This document shows, one piece after another, positions 39,262 to 53,057 of a stretch of 64,000 bases of DNA (position 1 is its first letter; every line of letters starts with the position of its first letter). Position numbers and translations under genes: made by a program. Source of the DNA: Octopus sinensis (lineage: Eukaryota); assembly GCF_006345805.1 (NCBI RefSeq), contig NC_043012.1, positions 22,630,001 through 22,694,000 of the forward strand, read 5' to 3'. Below the pieces are notes generated by a model. The model was given only the letters and a program-made list of their open reading frames with translations. It was not told the origin of the DNA and did not search any database.

Positions 39262-40429
39262 TAAATATATCTTTGTATGTATCCTTGCACCTGTGTTTGT
39301 TTCCTACTACCACTTGACAACCGATGTTGGTTTGTTTACATCCCATAACTTCAGTAAAAAAAGACCAACAGAATAAGTACCAGGCTTAAAAAATTCTTGA
39401 AGGCGATGCCCCAGTATGGCCACAGTCTAATAACTGAAACAAGTAAAGAACAGAAGATAAAATACATACATACATATGTCATCATCATCATCATCATTTA
39501 ATGTCCAGTCTTCCAAGCTGGCATGGGTCAGACAGAATCTGCTGAGGCATATTTTCTAGAGCTTTTCTTCTTATACTCAACCCTCACCTGTTTCCAGGCA
39601 AAGTAATATTTCCCCATAACTAGACATGATTTTGATAGAAGACTGGGAATGAACAGCCTTGCTGTATGATGATAATGATGATGATGATGATGATCGTTTA
39701 AAAACCACCATGTTATATCCTGACAAAGATACACACAGAATATACACATAAATACACACACACACACACAATAGGCTTCTTTCAGTTTCTGTCTACCAAA
39801 TCCACTCACAAGTCTTTGATCAGCCTAGGGCTAAAATGGAAGACACTTGCTGAAAGTGCCATACAGTTGGACTGAACCCAGAACCATGTGACTAGGAGGC
39901 AAACTTCCTACCACACAGCCACTCCCATGCCTACACACACACACACACACACACACACATGCTTAATTTTAGCTTGGTTCTGCTAAAATAAACAGACACA
40001 ACTCTTTGATTAGGAATGTCCAGACAGCTTTTGAATGTTGACCGATTGGTCAAAGGTCTGAAAACTGATTCCTCTGCATGACTCCTCTGCCATTTAATCC
40101 AACATTGGTCACAGATGTAAAATAACACCTTCACAAGAACATGGTTCTACAAGAGATGATAGAAGAGCCACTGCATAAACATTGGCATCTTGCATTATAT
40201 ATGAATGTCGAGGACAAAATGATTAGCAATAAATATAGAGAGAAATGAGTGATGCCATGATTATTCCATACTTATTTTAATCTTTCCTACATCTTATAAC
40301 AACCAAGATGGAGTTCCATATATTTTTAAGGATGTCTAAAATTGAAACGAGTCTACAACACAGTCATTTTGCTTAGACTTGACTGTGAAGAGAATACATC
40401 TAAACAAATTATATCGAACTAGATACATG

Positions 40430-40467
<38 letters not shown>

Positions 40468-40538
40468 TATAAATGAATATCACTTTCCGCTTTTGTTTGT
40501 CTTAGAGCCTAATATTTTTGCTGTGCCACTCAGATTAA

Positions 40539-40762
40539 CCCTTTCGTTGCTGTATTTCTGTTGAGATGTTCTTCTGTGTTTCGTTCGATTACTTTAAATG
40601 TAACAAAGAATTTAGTAAAATGACTTGGTTATTATTCAGCTAGTGTTAAGAACATCAATTGTGACTAAGGTTTGCTGGAAGATTTTAATTCAGAACTTTT
40701 GAAAACAAGACATTTGTACTACAGAGCCAGAGGCGGTTTCAGCTGGGTTGGTAAAGAAAGGG
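40539..40762. mobile_element. piggyBac-type MITE
   Basis: ttaa|ccctttc ... gaaaggg|ttaa. Confidence 0.8.
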
Positions 40763-41750
40763 TTAAAGGGACTTTAACAAACTAACACTGGTTGTCAAAC
40801 AGTGAAGGGGGACAAACACAAAGATACACACACATACCCACACGCATGTATGAATATATATATGTATGATGTATGTATGTATGTATGTATGTATGTATGT
40901 GCATGAATATATATGTATGTATACATATTTACATGTGTATGTGTGTATGTATAAGTTTTAGTATTACAAACAGAATACACAGAACTCAAAACTTGAGTAT
41001 AGATATTTGTATACTCACATTTTGAGTTCTATGTATCCTGTTTGTAATACCAAATTTACGCACACACACAAACACACACATGTACATACACACACTTATA
41101 TACATATTTTTCCATATGTGTACACATTTACATACATATATGTAAGTATATGCATATACATACACACAAATACATAAATAAGCAAATACAAATATACACA
41201 CAAAGATATAAATACACACACACAGACATCAGTGGCACATTTATATCTCCTGCTATGGGCTGGTCATCTAATTATTAAGGGATATATACCAAAAAATTAA
41301 ATAAAAATATATAAACAGACACACCAACAATGTATACAGAACGTGTGTCTGCATGTTAGTATAATTCTACGTCTTTATGACATGGTAAGGTTAAATGCAT
41401 GTGATCATAAATGCATGTGTCACAGCATTAAACGTGCAGATTATTAATTCATAATCTGTTTACCCAAAAGTTAGCACACTGCATTCTGGGATAGCTAATG
41501 GTGTGCAGCAGCAGCAGCAGTTGTTCAGTTGAAGAGAGTCTGCAAAAGTGTGAAGTTCTTGTGATTCATTCAATTAGTTATTGAAATAAGAACAAATATT
41601 GATTTATATATTAGCCCACCTTTTCATCTTAAGGTAAGATTCAGTATAAGTTTATCATTTGTTAGATAATGATAAATACATTCGTTCACTCTTTAAGCAG
41701 TTTCTTTCTTTCTTAAGTTCTTATTTTTTGTGTGTGTTCGTGTGTTTTAG

Positions 41751-41945
41751 CCCTTTTGATACCAAACCATCGAAGACCACCTCTGATCCTACAATACAAA
41801 CCTCCAGTTTTAAAATAATCCAAATTAAAAGCTTTCCCCAAAATTTCATGTTAATTTATCTTTGAAATGCCAGCATAATAATGACAAAATTACTTCACTA
41901 AATTCTTTATTAATTTCAAAGTTAATCATTATGGTAACGAAAGGG
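41751..41945. mobile_element. piggyBac-type MITE, same family in opposite orientation
   Basis: ttag|cccttttgatacc ... ggtaacgaaaggg|ttaa. Internal actaaattcttt mirrors aaagaatttagt in the first copy. Confidence 0.75.
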
Positions 41946-42802
41946 TTAAATTTTAAAAGACTTCCCAACTGGAACCATATCAGATCTTATAAATATCTAT
42001 GTATATGGTTGTACGGTTAAGAAGTTTGCTTTGGAATCATGTAGCTAGTTCAATCCCACTCTATAAATATTGTCAGTTCCAGGGTGATTTTCTTTTGCCC
42101 AGCTCCGATGCATATTGTGTTCTTTAAAATAATACATCTATAAAGGGATTGTCTCCAGATGAAAAAAAAACTGCAGCTTCTGGCTTTTCAATGACGTGCA
42201 CATATTGTGTATGTTATATAGATAACGATTTTAATCTCTTTTAATTATGCTTCTACTGCATAATTATTATCATCATTATTATTTAATGTTTTCCATGATG
42301 GCATTGGTTGGACAGTTTGACAGGGGCTAGCAAACTGAAGAACTGAACCAAGCACTGTTAGTTTGGGCATGGTTTTCATGAGCTGGATGCCCTTCCTAAT
42401 GCATAATTCAAATATATTTGTGTGTGTGTGTGACTGTGGCTAGAAAGTTTGCTTCCCAGCCACATGGTTTTGGGCCCACCTAAAACAAAAGTTTTCTACT
42501 ATAACTTTGGGTTGGCCAAAACCTGGCAAGTCAATTTGGTAGACAGAAACTGAAAGAAGCCCATCACACACAAACACACATATATAAGTTATTTGGTAAC
42601 CCTACCAGTGTTTGGCGGCACACAAAAAGCATCCAGTGCACACTGTAAAGTGATCAGCATTTGGGAGGGCATCCAGCTGTAAAAACTAGACCAAAACAGA
42701 CACAGAAGTCTGGTGCATGCTCCAACCTAACCAGCTCCTGTCACACTGTCCAACCTATGTCAGCATGGAAGACGAACGTTAAATGATGATGATGGTGATA
42801 AG

Positions 42803-45363
42803 GAAATGACTGAAGACCGAGTCCTATGGAAGTGTGCTGTGCATGAGAGGACCCGGCAGGACTAGTCAGGCCATATCCGTGGCCCCTACCTGGGACGTAG
42901 TCGATCCACCTGTGCATACCTTCCTTCTTGTGACACTTGTGAAGACCTGCTGAGGCAAGTGAAAATGAAAATCAATCAAAATAGATGAACATCAATGGAA
43001 TTTGTATCTTTGTGGTACCAGTGCCTGTGGCACACAAGAAAACCATCCGAACGTGGCCGTAGCCAGTACCGCATCGACTCGCCTCCGTGCTGTGGGAACA
43101 TGGTGGCACATAGGCATACATAAAAACACCATCCGAAGACCCGGCAAGACTAGTCAGGTCATAACCCGTGGGCCCTACCTGGGACGTAGTCAGTCCACCT
43201 GTACATACCTTCCTTCTTGCGACACTTGTGAAGACCTTTGAGGCAAGTGAAAATCAAAACAAATCAAAATAGATGAACATCAATGGAATTTGTATCTTTG
43301 TGATACCAGTGCCGGTGGCACACAAGAATCCATCCGAACGTGGCCGTAGTCAGTACCGCTTGTGGTACCAGTGCCGGTGGCACACAAGAATCCATCCGAA
43401 CGTGGCCGTAGTCAGTACCGCATCACTGGCCATCGTGCGTGTGTGGGCACATAACAAACACCATCCGGTTGTGGCCGTTCGCCAGCCTCATCTAGCCCTG
43501 TGTCGGTGGCACATAAAAAGTAGTCAGTACCGCTTGTGGTACCAGTGCCGTTGGCACACAAGAATCCATCCGAACATGGCCGTAGTCAGTACCGCATCAC
43601 TGGCCATCGTGCTGTGGGCACATAACAAACACCATCTGGTCGTGGCCATTCGCCAGCCTCATCTAGCACCTGTGTCGGTGGCACATAAAAACACCATCGA
43701 AGACCCGGCAAGACTAGTCAGGCCATAAACCATGGCCCCTACCTGGGACGTAGTCAGTCCACCTGTGCATACCTTCCTCCTTGTGATACTTGTGAAGGCC
43801 TGTTGAGGCAAGTGAAAATCAAAATCAAAATCAAAATCAAAACAAATCAAAATAGATGAACATCAATGGAATTTGTATCTTTGTGGTACCAGTGCCGGTG
43901 GCACACAAGAGAAAACCATCCGAAAGTGGCCGTAGCCAGTACCGCATCGACTGGCCTCCGTGCTGTGGGCACATGACAAACACCATCCGATCGTGGCCGT
44001 TCGCCAGCCTCATCTAGCACCTGTGTCGGTGGCACATAAAAACACCATCCGAAGACCCGGCAAGACTAGTCAGGCCAACCCATGCCCCTACTGGACGTAG
44101 TCAGTCCACCTGTGCATACCTTCCTCTTGTGACACTTGTGTGAAGACCTGTGAGGCAAGTGAAAATCAAAATCAAAACAAATCAAAATAGATGAACATCA
44201 ATGGAATCTGTATCTTTGTGGTACCAGTGCCGGTGGCACACACTTTGTGGTACCAGTGCCGGTGGCACACAAGAGAACCATCCGAACGTGGCCGTAGCCA
44301 GTTCCGCACGACCGGCCTCCGTGCTGTGGGCACGTAACAAACACCTCGATCATGGCCGTTCCCAGCCTCATCTGGCACCTGTGTCGGGGTGGCCACATAA
44401 AAAACACCTTCCGAAGACCTGGCAAGACTAGTCAGTCCACCTGTGCATACTTCCTTCTTGTGACACTTGTGAAGACCGGTTGAGGCAAGTGAAAATCAAA
44501 ATCAAAATCAAATCAAAATAGACAAAATAATAGATGAACATCAATGGAATTTGTATCTGTGGTACCAGTGCCTGTGGCACACAAGAAATCCATCAGTGCT
44601 GTAGTCAGTGCGGTGGGCACATGACAAACACCATCCGATCGTGGCCGTTTGCCAGCCTCATTAGCACCTGTGTGGTGGCACATAAAAAAAAACCATCGAA
44701 GACCCAGCAAGACTAGTCAGGCCATAACCCATGGCCCCTACCTGGGACGTAGTCCGTAGTCAGTCCACTGTGCATACCTTCCTTCTTGTGACACTGTGAA
44801 GACCTGTTGAGGCAAGTGAGTGAAATGAAAACAAATCAAAATAGATGAACATCAATGGAATTTGTATCCTTGTGGTACCAGTCCCGGTGTGTGGCACACA
44901 AGAAAAACCATCCGAACGTGGCCGTAGCCAGTACCGCATCGACTGGCCTCCGTGCTGTGGGCACGTAAAAAAGCACCATCCGATCGTGGCCGTTGGCAGC
45001 TCATTGGCACTGGTCGGGTGCACACACCTGTGTCGGTGGCACATTATAAAACACACAACACCAGCGAGCGGTGGCCCGTTGCAGCCACCTGTCTGGCACC
45101 TGTTCGGTGGCACATAAAAAAACCATCCGAGCATGGCCGTTTGCCAGCCTCGTCTGGCACCTGTGTCTGTTGTGGCACTAAAATCACCACTACACTCTCG
45201 GAGTGGGTGGTTGTAGGAAGGGCATCCAGCTGTAGAAAACACTGCCAGATCTGACTGGACTGGTGCAGCTTTCGGGCTCCCCAGACCCCAGTTCAGTTGA
45301 ACCATCCAACCCATACTAGCATGGAAAGCGGACGTTAAATGATGATGATGATGATGATGATGA
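42803..45363 (+). repeat. Tandem array of six chimeric units (RTE 3' UTR and (AAAATC)n tail fused to the family C body)
   Basis: Starts with EMTEDRVLWKCAVHERTRQD* (RTE end). Units restart at gacccggcaagactagtcag at ~42850, 43138, 43702, 44054, 44416 and 44701. The last unit ends in the family C (GAT)n tail. Confidence 0.9.
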
Positions 45364-45365
45364 TA

Positions 45366-45614
45366 TATACACAAAATCTAAAGGACTGACAACTAAAAGT
45401 GAACAGTCTATATGCTAGATATAGACGTCAAAATCACTATTTTCCACAAAGAACGTGTTCTCAAGAAAAAACTCAGCAAAAAACTAATGTGTTTGGATTT
45501 TTGCTGAGTGTTTTCTTGAGAACATGTTCTTCATGGAAAATAGCGATTTTGACATCTATATCTAGCATATAGACTATCCACTTTTAGTGGTCAGTCCTTT
45601 AAATTTTGTATGTA
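45366..45614. mobile_element. Fold-back MITE with ~115 bp inverted arms
   Basis: caaaatctaaaggactgac...ctcagcaaaaa mirrored by tttttgctgag...gtcagtcctttaaattttg; TA-rich termini. Confidence 0.8.
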
Positions 45615-47415
45615 AAAAATGTTTAATCTTCGGATTTTTTAAAAATATGCTAGGCCACTGGTTTTAATTGATTAATATCAATTTCTACCCTTATTTAATT
45701 TTATATATATATATATATATGTATACATATGTGCTTACATACATGAAATGGGCCACTTCTGCCCCCCGATGGGAGGCAGCCACATATCACAGCCATTGCA
45801 ATGCAACAAATGCATGCAGCCAAGTGGGCCGATTCTCTCTAATCAGAAAGTCCGTCTGTCACAGGGTTACCTGTTTTACAGGTGAATGAAGTGAAGCAAT
45901 GTGAAATGAAGTGTTCAGCTGAAGAACATGATGCCCTTATTTATTTAAGTCTGGCACCTATTCAATTAATCACTCTTACCAAACTGCTAAGTCATGGGGG
46001 TGGGTGTCGGTGTAAATAAGCCAAAACTACTTAAGTAGTGGTGAAGAACAAATGTAAACACAAACACACACACAACAAGCTTCTTTCGGTTTCTATTTAC
46101 CAAATCTACTCACAAGGCTCTAGCTGACCTTTAGGCTATGCTACAAGATTGGACCTATACTTCTTAACTGCACAACATATCATCCTCATCATCATCATTA
46201 TCATTATAATCCTTTAGTGTCCGTTTTCCATGCTGGCATTCGTTGGATGGTTTGACCAGAGCAGGCAAGCTGAGAAGCTGCACCAGGTTCCATTCTTTTA
46301 TTTGGCTTGGTTTCTGTGGCTGGATGCCAACTGCCTTACAGTGTATGCTGGGTGCTTTTAATGTGGCCCCAACGTGAGCACTTCCTCGTGGCACTGGCAT
46401 GAGTGCTTTTTACACATACATGCATATATGTGCATGTGCATGCATATATGTGTGTATGTATGCATGTGAGTGTGTGTGTGTGTGTGTGTACATGTGTGTG
46501 AGTTCTCTTTGTCGTTTATGTGTTCAGTGAAAATAAACAAAAGAAGTTGAAACCTATGGCAGAGCTGTGTGGTTGCTTGATAGACAAGAAGGGTGTTTCT
46601 TTGCTTGGAAGCAGGCAAAGGTTGGTGACAGGAATCAGGATTCAAACTCAGAACATAAAGGTTCTGAATTTTTTATAGTGTAAAATATTAGTTTTTATCT
46701 TCTATCTTTTACTTGTTCCAGTCATTAGACTGCAGCCATTCTGGAGCATCACCTTGAAAGGCTTAGCAAATAAAACCCAGTACTTAGTTTTAAGTCTGGT
46801 GCTTATTCTACCAGTCTCTTTTGCTTAACCATCAGAGCACAGGGATATAAACAAACCAACACTGGTTGTCAAGCAATGTGGAAAGAACACACATACAAAT
46901 TCTGGCCCCTGTGCTGGTGGCATGTAAAAAGCACCCACTACACTCTTGGAGTGGTTGGCATTAGGAAGGGCATCCAGCTGTAGAAACATTGCTAGATCAG
47001 ACTGGAGCCTGGTGCAGCCTCCTGGCTTCCCAGATCCCAGTCGAACCATCTAACCCATGCCAGCATGGAAAATGGATGTTAAACGATGATGATGATGATA
47101 ATATATATATATATATATTCAAATGAATATGGTACTTAAGTTAGATGCACCAGAATTTTGTATGGTGTTATCCATATAAATCCATGGGGTGATTATAATC
47201 AAAATATAAATCCACATTTAAATTCACATCTTTGTCTATATATCTACCTTCTCTATAATGTTATCACTTAATAGAAAAATTATGTATTAATGGAAAACCT
47301 CTATTAATGGCTGATGAGTGCTCAGCATTTTAAAACTGTTGTAATACCTACAACATTTAATAAAATGATGTAGTGTGAAACGATCGTACCAAATTACCGA
47401 AGTTATTCTTGTTGC

Positions 47416-47457
<42 letters not shown>

Positions 47458-48760
47458 CAGGCTTCTACAAAGTTTCTGTTTACTAAATTCACTCATTGGC
47501 ACAATAGAAGAATACACTTGCCTAAGGTGCTGCACCCGGAATAAATACTGCTGTCTTGTAAAAGTTGAAAACCAGAAAACAGGGGTGGGGTGAGTTGATT
47601 ATATTTTCTCTCCTGCCTGACAGAAACTGTAGCTAATCAACGTAAAAGCCACAGTTGACCTCAGACAGATTTGAACCCAGAATGTAACGAGATGGAATTC
47701 ATTTCATTCATTTATTCATTCATTTCATTATTTTTGCTCTATAGTGAGAGACATTATGTATAGTGCTGAACTTAATTCTGTCCTTACGTAAAGAATCAAT
47801 GTTAAAAAACAAAAATATGTAAAAACAAGACATGGAATAATGCTACTGATAAATAATATATGAAGAATGGTGATAAGAACTATTGTATAGAATTAAGAAA
47901 AGGTGACATGATGCTGTTGCAGTTTTTACAGGTAAAAATGGAATTATTTTTTTCTCTCTTCATTCATTCCCCCTCCCTCCCCACCCCATCTAAAAATCCC
48001 TTTAAACATTAGCAAAAATATTTGAACTTCTCAATGAGTTTCATATCATATTAAATAAAGATGGGGGGGGGGTGAACAAGAAAAAAAAATATATAAAAAA
48101 AAAACAACTAAATGCAAATGACAGAAATATTAATTTGACTAACAAGAACATATGAAAAGTAAAAATAATAAAAAATAAAGGGGGGGGGGAGAAGTGAAGG
48201 AATACAGGGAAGAAAATTATATAACTATATAGCATTAGAGTACAAAAAATAAAAGAAATATGGTTTAATACATATTCTTTGATATTTCCAAAGCCATACA
48301 GAAAGGATGTTGGAATGAACCATAACATAAGCAAGCTTTTTCGTTGCTTCTTTTACAAGGGTACAAAACATGGATGCCAGAAGTTTTCTTAGTAGAGGGA
48401 AATATGATGCAAATGTAAATTTGATGATATGCACAACTGAGTGCAGGAAAAAAAAAAAAAAAAAAAACAAAGACAAACAACAACAACAACAAAAAAAGAT
48501 ATGATTAGAAAAAAACAATAACAAAAAACAAAAAACAAATTACAAAGTATACGAGAAGTTAATCAGGATGTTATAGCATGGAATTACATTATTTCTTAAT
48601 AATTAACTAAAGTTGAACTTGACTGCAAGCTATGTTTAAGGCTACTGATTTGTTTGTTTTTTATATAAACGCAAATTCAAAATGCACACAAGCACGCATA
48701 TTTTTACATATTATATGTGTATCTGTGTGTTTGTGTGTATATATAAATACATATATATAT

Positions 48761-48792
<32 letters not shown>

Positions 48793-48816
48793 CATATATA
48801 TAATATATATATATAT

Positions 48817-48874
<58 letters not shown>

Positions 48875-49732
48875 CGCACCCACATACACATTCTTATCCT
48901 GTTACATACATATAGACATGCTCTTATTTATACATTTTTAGTGTGTTTATGCAGGCATATAAGTGTGTGTGAGTGTGTCTGTCTATGCACAGAAACAAAT
49001 AAAATATAAAGATTTTGAGAATATTCTTTAAAATATTATTCTTAGTTTTATAAATCTGAATATATTGACTCAAGTTTAAAAAAAAAGACTGCGTTGAAAC
49101 GTGAGGACAATTCTAATAGGCGCCAATCAATAATTTAAAAGGAACTTTCAATTCTTAAAACAGTTTGTACTTCTCCATGTATATGATAGATAGTAAAGAA
49201 AAACACATGAAGCAGAGAATTCTTGTGATTAAAAGCTCAAGGCTATTTTTCTTTTTTCTGGTAAGGTGTAAGGGTGTTATATATTTTGAATGATTCCAAA
49301 GTAGACTGGCCATGATTTTTTTGATTTTTTTGTTGTTGTTGTTTTTAGTTAAGACTTAAAAAGAAAGAATAATAGAAGTTCAGGTGGGATTTGAACTTGT
49401 AAATATGAAGTCCTCCTAATCAACATATTGCGTGAAGTTCTTAGTTTGGTCTCTTTATTCTGAGTTTTATACATAATAAATAAAGAAAGAATCCTATGTT
49501 GAGCAATTGTTGCAAATCATATGTTTGCATGTGTATGTGTGTGAGTGTGTGCGTGCGTGCGTATGTATGTATATATGTATGTATGTATATATATATATAT
49601 ATATGAGAAAAGGTTGAGTTCTTTTTCGTCCTTTACTTTGGAGGGTTCCAAAGGTCGATTGTCTAATAAAGATTCATATTTCTTTGGTAGATTACTGTTG
49701 TAAGAATTTTGCAAATATGAAAATGCTACAAG

Positions 49733-49910
49733 TATGAGAATTTATAAAAGAAATACGCTATAGAAACTCAACAAACAATTAAAGATGGAGAAGAGAAGAT
49801 GTTAGAAATTTGAAAAGAATTTAAATTCTTTTCAACTTTTTAAAACATTTTCTCTTCTTCATCTTTGTTTGTTGAGTTTCAATAGGATACTTGGTCTATA
49901 AATTCTCATA
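49733..49910. repeat. ~178 bp AT-rich palindrome (MITE-like)
   Basis: tatgagaatttata / tataaattctcata, gaaactcaacaaaca / tgtttgttgagtttc, centre tgaaaagaattt|aaattcttttca. Confidence 0.8.
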
Positions 49911-49988
49911 ACACACCTTATAACTTGTAGTATATATATATATATATGATATATATATATTATATATATTTATTTATTATATAGAAGG

Positions 49989-50039
49989 AGCTTCTACAGG
50001 ACTAGAACTGTTTCATTCAAGAGAAATCTTCAGGAAGCT
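49989..50039 (-). ncRNA. Type I hammerhead ribozyme fold, left arm (sense to the PLE ORF)
   Basis: Minus strand reads agcttc CTGAAGA t-ttc-tctt-gaa-t GAAA cag-ttctagtc-ctg TA gaagct. Confidence 0.7.
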
Positions 50040-50508
50040 AGTTAACAAGAATTGTATTGGCATTTATACATTTAGGCAGTTTAAAGGGGTGTTGGTGGGG
50101 GACTTTTGGGGGTAGGCATAGCGCAAAATATCATACTTGGGGGAGTGGTCAAGGACTCAGTGTTAAATTAGATAGAAGAATAATAAAATTAAAAAAAAAA
50201 AAAAATATATATATATATAAAAAAAAAAAAAAGGGGAATAGAGTTTTAGGTAAATAAGGAGATTCTCACTTATACCCATGCACATATGTATACATATATA
50301 CACACACATACAAACATATATACATATACATACACACATACATACACACACATATATATACATATATATACACACAGAAAAATATATATACACATACACA
50401 CACATACTCACATACACACATATATCCACACACACACATGCACACACAGCACACTAGTCCCTATATACACATATATACACATACACACATATATACACAC
50501 ACATACGT

Positions 50509-50548
<40 letters not shown>

Positions 50549-51597
50549 GTGTACCTATGCATACCTACACATACACACATATATATATATACACATACAA
50601 ATACAGACCCATTCCCTAATTTTAATTTTATTAGCTTCGTTTATTACTTTTGTTATCTTTGGCCGCTTGGTCACAAACATCTTGGAAAACAAGCACTCAT
50701 TCACTCACGCACACTCTTTAGCACGTACACTCATACACATACATGCACGCACGCATTATATTCATACATACATACATCTACATACATTCACGTATATACA
50801 CATACGTACGCGTACCTACAGATTCATGTCTACACTCTTAGAAGGCTAGTCTATACATATCACCAATAACATAAATACACACACATACATATACACCTAC
50901 ATAACAATCATACATGTATATAATATATATATTCACACATATATAACATATATATATATATATATACACATATATATACACATATACACACACATACATA
51001 TATATACACACATACACATACATACATATACACACATACACATACATACGTATACATACATACATACATCCATACATCCATACATACATACATTTATACC
51101 CATACACACACCCACACGTATACATATACATACATATATATACGCACATGCATACACATACAAATACATACACATACGCATATACATATACCTACATACA
51201 TATACACCCACATATATATATAATATATATATATATTCATAACAACACATACATATACATACATACAAATACAAATATACGCCACACACATACATACTCA
51301 TATACACATACACGCACAACACATGTACATGCGTACCCATACCACACACACACACGCGCGCATCCATATATACACATAAGTACACACATGCGTAAAAGTA
51401 TACATATATCTATGCTTACACACACACACACACACGCGCCTCCTTAATTCATACTACATGCATACTCAAAAAAATAAAATAGTAAAATATATATACGCGC
51501 AGTTATTCATACATGCATACTCAAAAATAAATAATAAATATTAAGTATATGTACGTGCAGTTACCTATTATATAGACGGATACATACATATAAACTT

Positions 51598-51637
<40 letters not shown>

Positions 51638-52388
51638 TACATATATACACATATATATACATAACACATACACACGCAATATATATACATACATACATAC
51701 ACCTACACACATATATACATAAACACACATATATACATAAACACACAGCGTACGCGTATATGTACATATACACATACTCACGCATATATATACATACATA
51801 CACCTACACACATATATACACACACACACATATACATATATAATATATATTATACATATATATATATAATATATTATACACATACACCACATATACATGG
51901 TGGCAAACATACATACATACTCATACACGCACACACACTTACATATACATATATACACACACTTACACACATATATACATACACATATACATACATACAT
52001 ACATACTATATGCATACATACACACACACATATATATACATACATACACATACACATACCTATACATATATATACACACATATATATACACATGCACATA
52101 CTTATATCTCTACATACTCGCATATACATATATATATATATACATATACACACACATACATATCCTATATACATGTATATATACACATACATATATATAC
52201 ACATCTACATTTGTATCTACACTCACATACATGCACATACACATAACTCTACATACCTACATATACATCGACATACTCGCGTACACTCATATATATACAC
52301 ATATATACATTACACACACACACACATATACATATACATATATATATATATCTAAAATATACATAATCCACAATACACACACATACAT

Positions 52389-52442
<54 letters not shown>

Positions 52443-53057
52443 TATATGTATATATACACATACATACATACACATATACATACATGTACATATATATATA
52501 CATACACATATATATCACACACATACATATATCAACAATTGAGGTAAAGTTATTAGTTATTAATCAATTTCACCAAGTATCAGTATGTAAAAGGACCATT
52601 ATTTTTTTGAGTAAACAATGTCTGAGGGAAAATATTCTCTAAGTAGTGGAAGAGGCTAAAAAACTTTTTTGGCTGCTATTTCTAGAAAGTTCAGTATGTG
52701 GCAAAGTAATTTATTTTACTAAGCCCTAATTATATATTTTACACATACATACACATACATACACACATACATATACACAACATATGCATACACACATATA
52801 TACATATATACATATAACATATATACACACACAACACACAACATATATATATATATATAATTTTTTTTTACATACATACACAACACACCACCACATAAAA
52901 CATGCGTATATTCCTACTATACCCATACATTTCTATACATATATACGATACACATATACAAGCGTGCACATACAATATGTGAAAGGTCTTAGGAGAAAAG
53001 GTAATCGGGGGTGCTAGGGGACGGTGGGATTGGGGTGGTTTTGTGGGTGGGGTGTCA

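Noticed and set aside
42803-45363. Repeat-spacer-like or protein-coding tandem repeat (ORFs MNINGICI...)
   Set aside because: The units are retroposon-derived, frames are broken differently in each copy, and the tgaaga...gaaa motif lacks hammerhead topology.
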